From Myxococcales bacterium (lineage in GTDB: Bacteria > Myxococcota_A > UBA9042): 49,192 nucleotides of DNA. Positions within the stretch are counted from its first letter, which is position 1; the number at the start of each line of letters is the position of its first letter. The notes under the pieces were generated by a model. The model was not told where the DNA came from and did no database searches. It was given only the letters and a program-made list of their open reading frames with translations. Both the position numbers and the translations under genes were made by a program. The stretch is taken from assembly GCA_037441385.1 (NCBI GenBank), contig JBBISH010000036.1:1-49192 (forward strand). Direction: 5' to 3'. Below, piece after piece: positions 1-8,928 of the stretch.

Positions 1-3000
1 GCGCACGTGGCATCGGCCGCGCAGCCGCCGTTGTTCGTGGCGCATTCGTTGACGTCGCTGCAGGTCAGCCCGTCGCCCGTGTAGCCGGTCTTGCAGGAGC
101 AAGCGGGCTGCAGCGTACCGTTGTTGACGCAGACCGCGTTGGCGTCGCACGGGTTGAATTGCTTGCAGATGTCGCCGCCCTGGGCCTCGATGACGCTGGG
201 ATCGCTGGTGGCCAAGGTGCTGGCCGTGCCGTCGCTGGCCGCGACCGTGACGGTGACCTTGGAGCCGACCTTGATCGGCGTGCCGTTGGCCAGCTTGGCC
301 TTGAGCAGGTCCAGAGTAAGTCCAGTTGTATTCAGCACTTCTACGCCGTCGATGAACCACTTGGCGGTGTAGGTCAGCGGGTCCCCGTCGGCATCACTCT
401 TGGCGGCCGGCGCCACGGTGGCGTTCAGCGGGTCCAAAGTCTGCACCTTGGCGGGCAGGTTGACCTGGAAGGCAGCGGGCGCCGCGTTGCCGATCAGAAC
501 AGTGGCCTCGCCCGGCAGGCTGACCGAAACCCCATCGCTGGCGGTCACTTGCAGCAGCCACAACTCGCCCTTCTTCACGCTGCCGGCCGGCAGGTCGGCC
601 GTAGTGATCCCGGTCGCACTGCCGTTCTTGAACCAAGCGTAGCTGTAGGTCAGGGTCTGGCCAGCGTCGGGATCGGTCGAGAGGGCCTGGAGCAACTGCA
701 CACCCGTCAGCGTGGTGGGCTGGTCCGGGCCCAGCTTGACTTGCGGCGCCGTGGGCACGGTGTTGCCAAAGACGTTGCCGCTGGTGCTGGCGACGACGGC
801 GCTGCCGCCGTCCACCACTTGGATCGTCCACACTTGCGTGCCCGCGACCAGCTTGGCGCTCAGGTTTTGTGCGCCGTCTGCGAGCGGGGCGCTGGCGATG
901 ACAAGGCCATTGCTGTCCAGCAGTTGCAGAACCAGCGGCTTCTTGGCGCCGGCGCCAATGGCGGCCACGGCGGTCACTTGGGTCAGCTCGCCGGCCAAGC
1001 CCATTGGGGGCACGCTGGCGGTCAGGCACACCTTGCCGTCGCCAATGCCGCCCTGGGCGCAGTCGCAGCTGGGTTGGAAGCTGCCATTTTCTTTGCAGAT
1101 GCTGCCGGCGGCGCACGGCGACAGGATCGAACTGCAGACCGCGTCGGCATCGGTGATGGTCACCGAGACGGGCTGCGACACCGCGTTCGCGCTGCCGTCG
1201 CTGGCCGTGGCCACGACGGTCACCACGGAACCGACTTGGATCAGCGCGCCGCCATTGGCCAATTCCAGCACGGCCAGCTTGCTGCCGCTGGCGGCGGCGA
1301 CGGGCACGCCGTCCACCTGCCAGGCAAAGGTGGTGGTGACCGGGTCGCCATCCTTGTCCACGGTCTGCGGATTGCTCTGGACGATGGTGATGGTGCCGAG
1401 CAGGCCCACCGTCGCCGGGTCGGCGCTGAGTTGCGGCGTGTCGGGGCCGGTGTTGCCCACCGTCCGCGTCGCCGTGCCGGCCGCGCCCATCTCCACGCCA
1501 TCGCTAGCCACCACGCTGACTTGCCACACTTGGCCCTTCTTGATGACGCCCGCCGGCACCGACTCGCCCGTGTACGAGGTGGGCTGGCCGTCCACGGTCC
1601 ACGTGTAGGTGTAGGTCAGGTTCTGCTGCAACCCGGTATCGCTGTCGGTCGCGGGCGCCGTCAGCACGGCCTTGATCTCGGAACCGGTCGCGGCGGCGTT
1701 GGGCTCGATGGCCACGGCCGGGGCGGTGGGCGGCATGTTGACGTAAACGTCGCCGCTGCGGCTACCCACGGTCTTGCCGCCGGCCTTGACCACCACGGTC
1801 AGGTGGCTGGTGCCGGGGTGAGTGGGCTTGGCTTCAACGGTGACGGTGGCGTCCGAGCTGGGCAGCACCGCCGACCCGACAAGCGCGCCATTTTCGTCAT
1901 AGATTTCGACATCGAACGGGCCATCGGTGGCGGTCCCGGCGCCGCCCAGTTGCACGGCCACGGTGGCGTTCGACGCGATGACCGGCGTGCTGTCGCTCGG
2001 CAAACCCGCGATGGGCAGGCATAGTTTTCCGTCGCCCACGCTGCTGGCGTCGCAGGCGATGGTGGGCGCGGTGGTGCCGTTGTCGGTGCAGGTGACGTGG
2101 GGCGGCAGGGCCGGTAGCGTCGGGCACAGCGTGCCTTCGCCGACCTTGGTCGTGACGGCCAGTGAGCTGACCGCGGCGGTGCCGTCCGTGGACTTGGCGA
2201 GCACGCCGATGACCTGGCCGACCGCGATCGGCTTGCCCAAGGCGGCGGCGAGCTCGGCCAACGTGGCCTGCGCGCTGGTGATTCCCGGCACGGGGCTGCC
2301 GTCGACCTGCCACTCGTAGGTGGTGGTCAGCGTGTCGCCGTCGGGGTCGCTGGCGGGCGTGAGTTCGATCGCGCTGATGCTGCTGGTCAGCGTCGTCTCG
2401 GCGGGCAGTTGCGTGAGCACCGCCGGTACCGGCGCGGCATTGCCGATGGTGAGGCTGGCAGTGGCGGCCGGGCCCTGGCCCACGCCGTCGCTGGCAATGA
2501 CGGTCACGGTCCAAACCTCGCCCTTCTTGGCCATGCCGGCGGGCAAGCTCTCGCCCGTTTGCCCGGTGGGCTGGCCGTCCTTGCTCCAAGTGTAGGTATA
2601 CGTAATGGTTTGACCGTCGGCGTCGCTGGCCGGCACGTCCAATTGGACCTTCAGCGCATCGGTGGTGCTGGCCGGCTGGGGCTGGATCGACACCTGCGGC
2701 GCAGTCGGCAAGCTGTTGACCACGAACTCGATGTCCTTGGCCGCCAGTACTTTGCCGGACGACTTGCCTTTGACCGTCACGGTCCACTTGTGGGTGCCTG
2801 GGGTGGCGGGTGCGGCCAGATCCACGCCGATCTTGCTGGTATCGGTCACATCGCCGCTGAGGACGACCGCGCCGGTCTCGTCGGTCACCACGAATTCCGC
2901 GGGCTCGCCGGCGTCGCTGGGCGTCAGGCTACCCTTGACCTGCAACGTCGCTTGCGGATTGACGACCTGCCCCTTGGTGGGCGCCGTCAGTTCCAGCGTA

Positions 3001-3434
3001 TAGGTAGTCGTGGTGTCGCCCTGCGTGTCGGGCGCAACCTCTTGCACCGCGTCCGTCCCGGCCGCGTCGGCGTCCACTTGGGTATCCACTGGCGCGACGT
3101 CGGGCTTGGCGATGTCCAAGATTGTCGAGTCGAGCACGGCGCTGTCGCTGCCGGTGCCGTCCAGCGCTCCGGTGTCCAAGTTCGTGGTCGTGTCGGTGGT
3201 GGCGGTGTTGCCACCCGCGTCGTCGGGCTTGGCGATGTCCAAGATTGTCGAGTCGAGCACGGCGCTGTCGCTGCCGGTGCCGTCCAGCGCTCCGGTGTCC
3301 AAGTTCGTGGTCGTGTCGGTGGTGGCGGTGTTGCCGCCCGCGTCGTCGGTGACGCCGTCGCCACAGCCCGCCGTGGTCAGCGCCGCGGCGAACGATGCCA
3401 GAATAACCCACAGTTTCAAGCTATTGACCTTCAT
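1..3434 (-). CDS. Large surface lipoprotein (runs off the left edge): lipobox, acidic D/T linker, ~6 Ig-like repeats with DxDG-type motifs, then EGF / Ca-binding EGF-like repeats
   Basis: Absent from the ORF track because it is open at the edge. ATG at 3434 reads MKVNSLKLWVILASFAAALTTAGC-GD. Repeated D-x-D-G-(D/Q)...TYTYxW motifs lie at ~2600, 2330, 1620, 1340, 660 and 380. The in-frame end reads CKQFNPCDANAVCVNNGTLQPACSCKTGYTGDGLTCSDVNECATNNGGCAADATC. Confidence 0.85.
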   Translation of the reverse strand, partial: MKVNSLKLWVILASFAAALTTAGCGDGVTDDAGGNTATTDTTTNLDTGALDGTGSDSAVLDSTILDIAKPDDAGGNTATTDTTTNLDTGALDGTGSDSAVLDSTILDIAKPDVAPVDTQVDADAAGTDAVQEVAPDTQGDTTTTYTLELTAPTKGQVVNPQATLQVKGSLTPSDAGEPAEFVVTDETGAVVLSGDVTDTSKIGVDLAAPATPGTHKWTVTVKGKSSGKVLAAKDIEFVVNSLPTAPQVSIQPQPASTTDALKVQLDVPASDADGQTITYTYTWSKDGQPTGQTGESLPAGMAKKGEVWTVTVIASDGVGQGPAATASLTIGNAAPVPAVLTQLPAETTLTSSISAIELTPASDPDGDTLTTTYEWQVDGSPVPGITSAQATLAELAAALGKPIAVGQVIGVLAKSTDGTAAVSSLAVTTKVGEGTLCPTLPALPPHVTCTDNGTTAPTIACDASSVGDGKLCLPIAGLPSDSTPVIASNATVAVQLGGAGTATDGPFDVEIYDENGALVGSAVLPSSDATVTVEAKPTHPGTSHLTVVVKAGGKTVGSRSGDVYVNMPPTAPAVAIEPNAAATGSEIKAVLTAPATDSDTGLQQNLTYTYTWTVDGQPTSYTGESVPAGVIKKGQVWQVSVVASDGVEMGAAGTATRTVGNTGPDTPQLSADPATVGLLGTITIVQSNPQTVDKDGDPVTTTFAWQVDGVPVAAASGSKLAVLELANGGALIQVGSVVTVVATASDGSANAVSQPVSVTITDADAVCSSILSPCAAGSICKENGSFQPSCDCAQGGIGDGKVCLTASVPPMGLAGELTQVTAVAAIGAGAKKPLVLQLLDSNGLVIASAPLADGAQNLSAKLVAGTQVWTIQVVDGGSAVVASTSGNVFGNTVPTAPQVKLGPDQPTTLTGVQLLQALSTDPDAGQTLTYSYAWFKNGSATGITTADLPAGSVKKGELWLLQVTASDGVSVSLPGEATVLIGNAAPAAFQVNLPAKVQTLDPLNATVAPAAKSDADGDPLTYTAKWFIDGVEVLNTTGLTLDLLKAKLANGTPIKVGSKVTVTVAASDGTASTLATSDPSVIEAQGGDICKQFNPCDANAVCVNNGTLQPACSCKTGYTGDGLTCSDVNECATNNGGCAADATC
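3098..3349. repeat. Near-perfect 123-bp in-frame tandem duplication (2 copies, 41 aa each)
   Basis: Copies start at 3098 and 3221 and differ at one synonymous base (cca/ccg). They encode DDAGGNTATTDTTTNLDTGALDGTGSDSAVLDSTILDIAKP. Confidence 0.95.
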
Positions 3435-3565
3435 CCGACTCCAAAACGTCGCCACAAGGACTGGGCCGACGCCCGCAGTGTAGCGATCCCCGCCCGCCAG
3501 TGCGAAAAATCGGACCAAAATGGTCCGTTCGGGCACAGGTCCGAGTATCAAAAACTACATGGAAG

Positions 3566-4324
3566 TCATACGGAAAACCACGGACACACCCAAACGTACT
3601 TGACGTTCAGGGCCAGGCGCAGCGCCATCTTGACCACAATGCCGGCCATCGACAGCCACAAGAACGCCACGATGGCATAGCGCGCCGCTCCCAACTGCAC
3701 CATGGCCAGCGACTTGCGCTTCCACAGCCAAAACCCAGCGCCCAAGCCGTACCAAGCGGCCACCAACAAGCCCCCCAGCCACGCTGCCGCGGTCGCGTCG
3801 TGTACGCCCAGCAGGTCGGTCAGGTTCACGTTGCGCAGGTCGGCGTGCTTGGCGATGTCCCAACTCTCCCACGGCCAGTACCAATTCCAGCCCGGGCCGC
3901 GGCAAAACACGCCAATGACGATGGGAATGACCCACAACCCAAGAAAGCCGAACAGGAATGTCGCGATCGCAAACGGCCGCTGCTTCAGCGTGAAGTAGCC
4001 GTTGCCCGCCGGATTGCGATCCAAGTACGGGATGGCCATCAAGCCCACGATGATGAGCAGCGGCACCATCACGCCGGCGATCCAGGGATCGAAGTAGACC
4101 AGCAGCTCTTGCAGGCCCAAGAAATACCAAGGCGCCTTGCTGGGATCCGGGGTGCGGTTGGGGTTGGCCGCCTCTTCCAGCGGCGCGTCCAAGACGATCG
4201 ACCACACCGTCAGCAGCAGCATCGCCGCGAGCGCCACCAGGAATTCCACGCGCACCAAGTGCGGCCAGGTGGTCAGGCCGTCGCTGAGCTCGGACGAATC
4301 CGCTTTTTGCCTGGTCTCTTCCAC
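3566..4324 (-). CDS. petD: Cytochrome b C-terminal subunit (subunit IV/PetD-like) of a split Rieske/cytb complex
   Basis: TWPHLV..EF, APLEEAANPNRTPDPSKAPWYFLGLQELL (Qo-site loop), several TM helices; downstream of cytochrome b6. Confidence 0.85.
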   Translation of the reverse strand: MEETRQKADSSELSDGLTTWPHLVRVEFLVALAAMLLLTVWSIVLDAPLEEAANPNRTPDPSKAPWYFLGLQELLVYFDPWIAGVMVPLLIIVGLMAIPYLDRNPAGNGYFTLKQRPFAIATFLFGFLGLWVIPIVIGVFCRGPGWNWYWPWESWDIAKHADLRNVNLTDLLGVHDATAAAWLGGLLVAAWYGLGAGFWLWKRKSLAMVQLGAARYAIVAFLWLSMAGIVVKMALRLALNVKYVWVCPWFSV

Positions 4325-4491
4325 TACTTGCGCATCTCCTCGGCGACCGCTTCTTCGCCGCCCTGCTGCAGCAGTCGGTCGTGGCGCAGCGCTTGCCGCA
4401 ACCAGACGCCCAGCAAGAACACCACGGCGCCCAACATCGCCACGATGGGGATGTTGTCGGGCATGGTCAGGATCGTCCAGAAGGCCTCCAC
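4324..4491 (-). CDS. Small single-TM membrane protein (55 aa), probable bc-complex subunit
   Basis: GTG at 4491 preceded by AAGGAG; MEAFWTILTMPDNIPIVAMLGAVVFLLGVWLRQ...; its stop overlaps the petD start (TAGTG). Confidence 0.7.
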   Translation of the reverse strand: MEAFWTILTMPDNIPIVAMLGAVVFLLGVWLRQALRHDRLLQQGGEEAVAEEMRK

Positions 4492-4495
4492 GCTG

Positions 4496-5275
4496 CTACT
4501 CCTTGGGTGCCGGTGGCCCCGAGATGCCGCCGTCTTTGCGGATCCGCCAGAAGTGCACGGCCATGAGCAGCACCGCCAGCAGCGGCAGCGCCACACAGTG
4601 CAGCACATAGAAGCGCAAGATCGCCGGGTCGCCCACTTGGGGACCGCCCAGCAAAAGTGCCCGCAGGTCCGTCCGTTCCGTCACGCCGGTCAAGCTCGCG
4701 CCCGGGCCCTGGTGGCCCAAGAACGGCGCGGCCGCCGCCATGTTGGTGCCGACCGTGATCGCCCAGCGCGCCAGCTGATCCCACGGCAGCAGGTAGCCGG
4801 TAAACGACAGCAACATCGTCAGCACCAGCAGCGCCACGCCCACCACCCAATTGAACTCGCGCGGCGCCTTGTACGAGCCCGACAGGAACACCCGCAGCAT
4901 GTGCAGCCACACGAGGATGACCATGGCATGGGCGGCCCAGCGGTGCATGTTGCGCTGGATCATGCCAAAGGGAATCTCGTGTTGCAGGTTCTTCATGTCG
5001 ATGTAGGCCCACTGCGCCGTGGGCCGGTAATAGAACATCAGCACCACGCCGGTGACCACGGTGACCAAGAACGTCAAGAAGCTCAGGCCGCCCATGCCCC
5101 AGGTAAAGCGCAAGCGCAGCCCGTGGCGGCGCACCGTAGCGGGGTGCAAGTGCAAGAAAACGCTAGAGGTAATCTGCAGCATGCGGTTGCGCGGCAGATC
5201 CTCAAAGCGGTGGCGAAAGACCGAGCGCCAGATCTGGCGGGCCAGGCCTTCGCGCGGCGGCGGAGTGGCCTTCAA
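4496..5275 (-). CDS. petB: Cytochrome b6-type (N-terminal) subunit
   Basis: Heme-b ligands [15 protein letters not shown] (13 residues apart) and [16 protein letters not shown] (14 apart, b6-type spacing); [19 protein letters not shown]. Confidence 0.93.
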   Translation of the reverse strand: MKATPPPREGLARQIWRSVFRHRFEDLPRNRMLQITSSVFLHLHPATVRRHGLRLRFTWGMGGLSFLTFLVTVVTGVVLMFYYRPTAQWAYIDMKNLQHEIPFGMIQRNMHRWAAHAMVILVWLHMLRVFLSGSYKAPREFNWVVGVALLVLTMLLSFTGYLLPWDQLARWAITVGTNMAAAAPFLGHQGPGASLTGVTERTDLRALLLGGPQVGDPAILRFYVLHCVALPLLAVLLMAVHFWRIRKDGGISGPPAPKE

Positions 5276-5826
5276 GCGCGACCTCCGCCGCGGATAGCTG
5301 CGATCCGACTGGGAAGTTTCACGCTGGCGCCGGGTTGGTCAAAGGCGGTGTGCGCAAACTTTTGCCCCACGTCGATCCACAGCTCGCCCGCGTCGTCCAG
5401 CCAGACCCGCACGCGTTCCAGCGGCCGCGGCGCCGGCCCCTCAAAGTTCACGCCCGCACTGGTAAAACCCGAGCCGTGACACGGGCACTTGAACTTGTCT
5501 TCGCGGCCGTACCAGCGTGGCGTGCAGCCAAGGTGGGTGCAGCGGGCATAGATGGCGTACAGCTCGGCTCCCTGGCGCACCACGTAGACGCGCCAGGTTT
5601 TCAAGAAGCGGTCGCTGACCTGGCCCACTTGGTAGTCGCTGGGCTTGCCGGCGCGAAACATCGTGGGATCTTCCACGGGTGCGCGGCGCACGGCCAGCCG
5701 CGCCACCGACACGACGCCGGCAAAGGTCGACGCGGTCAGGGCGCCCCAGCCCAGGCGCGTGAACAACTCGCGGCGCCCCCACAGGTGCTCCAACTTCGAG
5801 GTCGGGTGAACGGCCGTCTCGCTCAT
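5272..5826 (-). CDS. petC: Rieske [2Fe-2S] subunit
   Basis: ATG at 5826 after GGAGG; Tat-like GRRELF plus TM helix; CTHLGC and CPCHGS boxes; GPAPRPL. Confidence 0.93.
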   Translation of the reverse strand: MSETAVHPTSKLEHLWGRRELFTRLGWGALTASTFAGVVSVARLAVRRAPVEDPTMFRAGKPSDYQVGQVSDRFLKTWRVYVVRQGAELYAIYARCTHLGCTPRWYGREDKFKCPCHGSGFTSAGVNFEGPAPRPLERVRVWLDDAGELWIDVGQKFAHTAFDQPGASVKLPSRIAAIRGGGRA

Positions 5827-8093
5827 GGCGCCTCCTGCCCCGGGGTGGCCGGGTCGCTGCCGACCGGCAACAGTCCAAGATGCATCAGGTACTCGACCAG
5901 CAGGTCCATTTGCAGCGCAGCCGATCCACCCAGTACGTCTTGCGCCGGGCTCTGCCCGTCCGGGAAGAACTGCGGCATCTTGGTCCCCGGCAGTACTTTG
6001 CCTGGATCCTCCAAGAAAATCCGCACCCACGCGGGGTCCAGGCGCTGGCGGGCCAGTCCCAGATCGGGCGCCAACTGCGCGGTCTCCACGCCGTCGCCCC
6101 GCACCAAGCGGTGGCACGTCACGCACTTCATCCGCTCGAACAGCTGCGCCCCCAGGGCCGCGCGCTGTGGCGACACCGCCCGCACCGGCAAGGGTCGCAA
6201 CCCCGGATTCTTCCCGGCACTTGCCGCCAGCCAACCGGCCAGCAGCTCGGCGTGCGCCGGGGTCAGCCGGAACTGCGGCATGCGCGCCTGCAGCCAAGGC
6301 CGCACCGGCCCCGGCTCAAGCAAATAGCCATACAGCCACTGGGGTTGCAACCGCGCGCCCGCCACATCCAGCGACGGCGGGGCCAAGTGCGCTTGGTCGT
6401 AGTAGCGCAAGATCGCCGCGTCTTGGCCCACCAGGCGGTGACACTGGGCACAACCCCGCTCGCGGACGATGCTTTCGGCCTGCAGACCTGCCCACCCACC
6501 CTGCGGATCGCGTTGGAAATTTGCCGGCGGCCGCTGCTCGCGCAGGCCCCGCAAATACACGGCCAGCGCCTGCACTTGCATGGGCTGCAGCCCATAGTCA
6601 GGCATGACGAGCTGGATGGTCCCGGCCGAAAGGGCCTGGGGCGCGGCGATCTTGGCTTCGGTCGCCCGCTCCCAGGTGCGCTGGGCCTTGGGCGGCGGCG
6701 GCGTGGCAAACAGCAGGTCGCGCGGGTCCTTGGCGCCGTAGTCCGTCAGGTCGGGTCCTGGGCGGGCGTCGTCGGCAAAGCCAGGGATCTCGTGGCAGCC
6801 CGAACAGCCATAGGTCGCAATGAGTTGCCGGCCGCGCTCGACCAGCTTGGGGTCGCGCGGCGCCGCCAGCTCGGCCGGAGTGACCGGCGCAGGCAGCGCC
6901 GACCCGGCAAACAGATAGCTCTGCACGTCCAGCGCCTCGTCCTCGGTTAGCCGCGGCGTGGGCATCCGCGCTTGGGGCCAGTAGGCGGCCGGGTCCAACA
7001 GCCAGGTGGGCACAAAGCCAGGCTGCAGCCGCTGGGCCACGTCGCCCAGTGGTGGACCAAAGTCGATCGTCGCGGGCGCCGCCAAGGCGGCCGGACTCGC
7101 TTCGGCCGGTGCGTCGCTGCCGCCAAAATCGGCCCACGCATCGCCCGATCCCGCGGCCTTGGGTTCGGCGATGTGGACGGCGTCGCGCCCGCTGCCCAGC
7201 GCATGGCAGCCGCGGCAACCCACCGTGTCAAAGACCCCTTTTCCGGCGTCGGCGCGCTCGGCCACCAGCAGGGTCGCCGCCGTGGGCATGGCCAGGGGTT
7301 CGCTCTTCTCTAGCAAATAGGCGGCAATCGCGCGCACTTCGCCGTCGCGCCGCTGCGCCTCGGCCGGGTCGCTGGCCGCCCTGGGCCAAAACTGCGGCAT
7401 TTGATAGTGGGCGCGGCGCCGCGCCGGGTTGGCAACCCACGCAACCATATAACCGGGCAGCAGTTTTTGGGCCACGTGTCGCAGCGAGGGACCGCGCCGC
7501 GCTGGCGTCTCGCCCCCCGTGGCGTGGCAGCCGCTGCAGCCCAAATCGGCAAAAAGTTGCTTACCTTTCGCCAGGATCTCGGCCCCCGGCAGGTGCTCTG
7601 GGCCAGCATGGCAGGCCAGGCAGCTGGCTTGAACGTACGGGCCGGGCAGCAGCGGTTCCAGCCAGTGCGGGTCCCCCGGACCGTGCGCCGTCTCGGCGGT
7701 GAGCGCCAGACCCTGGCCGTGGTGGCAGGGCGTGCAGCCAAACCGCAGCGGCGGATGCGACTTCAGCAGCGTGTCGCGGTGCGGATGCACGCGCAAGACC
7801 TTGGGAATTTGGTCGCCCACCATGCTGGGGTCGTCGATGCCCGCGTGGCAGGTGGGGCAGCGGTCCACCACTTGCAGGTCGGGGACGACCAGTTGCGCGA
7901 CGGCCTCGCCGGAGGCGCGTTGGGGCCGCAACTGGGCGTATTCACATTGCCAACGTTTCCAAGGCCGGCGTGTGTAGCCTTCGTCCAAGAACGCCCAGAC
8001 CACGCTGGCGGCCACGCCGAGGCTCAAAATCATAAAGATGATCTTGTAGTTTCGGTGCTCGTCGGCGACGAAGCGGCCCACGGTCGGTCCCAA
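5823..8093 (-). CDS. Membrane-anchored octaheme cytochrome c
   Basis: N-terminal TM helix; 8 CxxCH motifs (CPTCH, CTPCH, CLACH, CSGCH, CRGCH, CSGCH, CAQCH, CVTCH); the C-terminal five resemble class I domains with GPxL and MP motifs; exact start uncertain. Confidence 0.9.
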   Translation of the reverse strand: MGPTVGRFVADEHRNYKIIFMILSLGVAASVVWAFLDEGYTRRPWKRWQCEYAQLRPQRASGEAVAQLVVPDLQVVDRCPTCHAGIDDPSMVGDQIPKVLRVHPHRDTLLKSHPPLRFGCTPCHHGQGLALTAETAHGPGDPHWLEPLLPGPYVQASCLACHAGPEHLPGAEILAKGKQLFADLGCSGCHATGGETPARRGPSLRHVAQKLLPGYMVAWVANPARRRAHYQMPQFWPRAASDPAEAQRRDGEVRAIAAYLLEKSEPLAMPTAATLLVAERADAGKGVFDTVGCRGCHALGSGRDAVHIAEPKAAGSGDAWADFGGSDAPAEASPAALAAPATIDFGPPLGDVAQRLQPGFVPTWLLDPAAYWPQARMPTPRLTEDEALDVQSYLFAGSALPAPVTPAELAAPRDPKLVERGRQLIATYGCSGCHEIPGFADDARPGPDLTDYGAKDPRDLLFATPPPPKAQRTWERATEAKIAAPQALSAGTIQLVMPDYGLQPMQVQALAVYLRGLREQRPPANFQRDPQGGWAGLQAESIVRERGCAQCHRLVGQDAAILRYYDQAHLAPPSLDVAGARLQPQWLYGYLLEPGPVRPWLQARMPQFRLTPAHAELLAGWLAASAGKNPGLRPLPVRAVSPQRAALGAQLFERMKCVTCHRLVRGDGVETAQLAPDLGLARQRLDPAWVRIFLEDPGKVLPGTKMPQFFPDGQSPAQDVLGGSAALQMDLLVEYLMHLGLLPVGSDPATPGQEAP

Positions 8094-8094
8094 C

Positions 8095-8829
8095 CTACTT
8101 GTACACTTGGGTCAGGTCCTGTGCCGCACCGGGCTGCACGATCACTTTTTGGCTGCCCTTGCCCAGCTTCTCGTGCCAGAACATCAGGTTGTACTGGCCG
8201 GGCGGCACATCGGCCAAGCTGAACTTGCCGTCCTTGTCGGTCACCGCAAAGTACGGGTGGTCAAAGACGGCAATCCAGGCCCCCATCCACACGTGCCCGG
8301 CATCGCAGCCCACCTTCATCAGCCCGGCGCGGCTCACCTTCTTCTTGATGACTTGGCCCTTTTCGGGCAGCGCGTAGTTGAACACATCGCTGTTGGGCAG
8401 CCGAATGTGGGTGTTGTGCAGCACGCCGTCGCTATTCTTGACCGCCAGCTCCGTGCCCACCGAGAAGGCCTGCAAGTGAGGAATAAACCGACACTTGTGA
8501 TTGTCCAGCTCGGCCTTGCCGGGTGCTAGCGGCTTGCCCTTTTCGATCTTGTCGATGAACACGACCACGTTGGCCAGGCCTTGCCCGGCTCCCACTTGCA
8601 GCGACTCGTCGTATTTGGGCTCGGTGCCGCAGACGTCGTTGTCTTTGACGATGTCCAGCTTGACCGGCGCCGGCACGGGCCCGGAAAACTTCACGACACC
8701 GCGGACCGTCGCACCGCCCGCCACCGCCCCCGGGGTGTAGGCCACCGCCGCAGCCGGCAGCAGGGTCAGACCTACCGCCAATGCTGTGATAAGCCTTGCG
8801 ATTTGCGCCAACTTCCTCTGCATACCCAT
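8095..8829 (-). CDS. Periplasmic cupredoxin-like / carboxypeptidase-regulatory-like domain protein
   Basis: ATG at 8829 after GAGG; signal peptide ending AVA; HN...GCDAGHVWM type-1-Cu-like ligand set; C-terminal HPYFAVTDKDGKFSLADVPPGQY..WHEKLG. Confidence 0.75.
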   Translation of the reverse strand: MGMQRKLAQIARLITALAVGLTLLPAAAVAYTPGAVAGGATVRGVVKFSGPVPAPVKLDIVKDNDVCGTEPKYDESLQVGAGQGLANVVVFIDKIEKGKPLAPGKAELDNHKCRFIPHLQAFSVGTELAVKNSDGVLHNTHIRLPNSDVFNYALPEKGQVIKKKVSRAGLMKVGCDAGHVWMGAWIAVFDHPYFAVTDKDGKFSLADVPPGQYNLMFWHEKLGKGSQKVIVQPGAAQDLTQVYK

Positions 8830-8860
8830 CGTTTCGCCCTCGCGGCCCCGCCCAAAGGTT

Positions 8861-8889
8861 AGCGTGCGGGCCACCGGCGGGCCTGTCAA
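8861..8889 (-). promoter_or_regulatory. Possible internal sigma70 promoter for the cupredoxin-cytochrome genes
   Basis: Minus strand TTGACA (8889-8884), 17 nt, CACGCT (8866-8861); overlaps a CTGTCA direct repeat (8883, 8896). Confidence 0.25.
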
Positions 8890-8928
8890 GGCAAGCTGTC
8901 ACGCAATTTCAACGTGTTTTCGGCGTTA

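Noticed and set aside
159..5479. Long plus-strand ORFs (159..2024, 2409..3680, 3500..5479)
   Set aside because: Antisense shadows of the minus-strand lipoprotein and cytochrome genes, typical of high-GC DNA; no recognisable motifs.
5823..8093. Octaheme protein as an HAO/ONR/OTR-type catalytic enzyme
   Set aside because: No CxxCK motif, and the hemes are widely spaced in class-I-like domains with Met ligand motifs, which fits electron transfer rather than the HAO fold.
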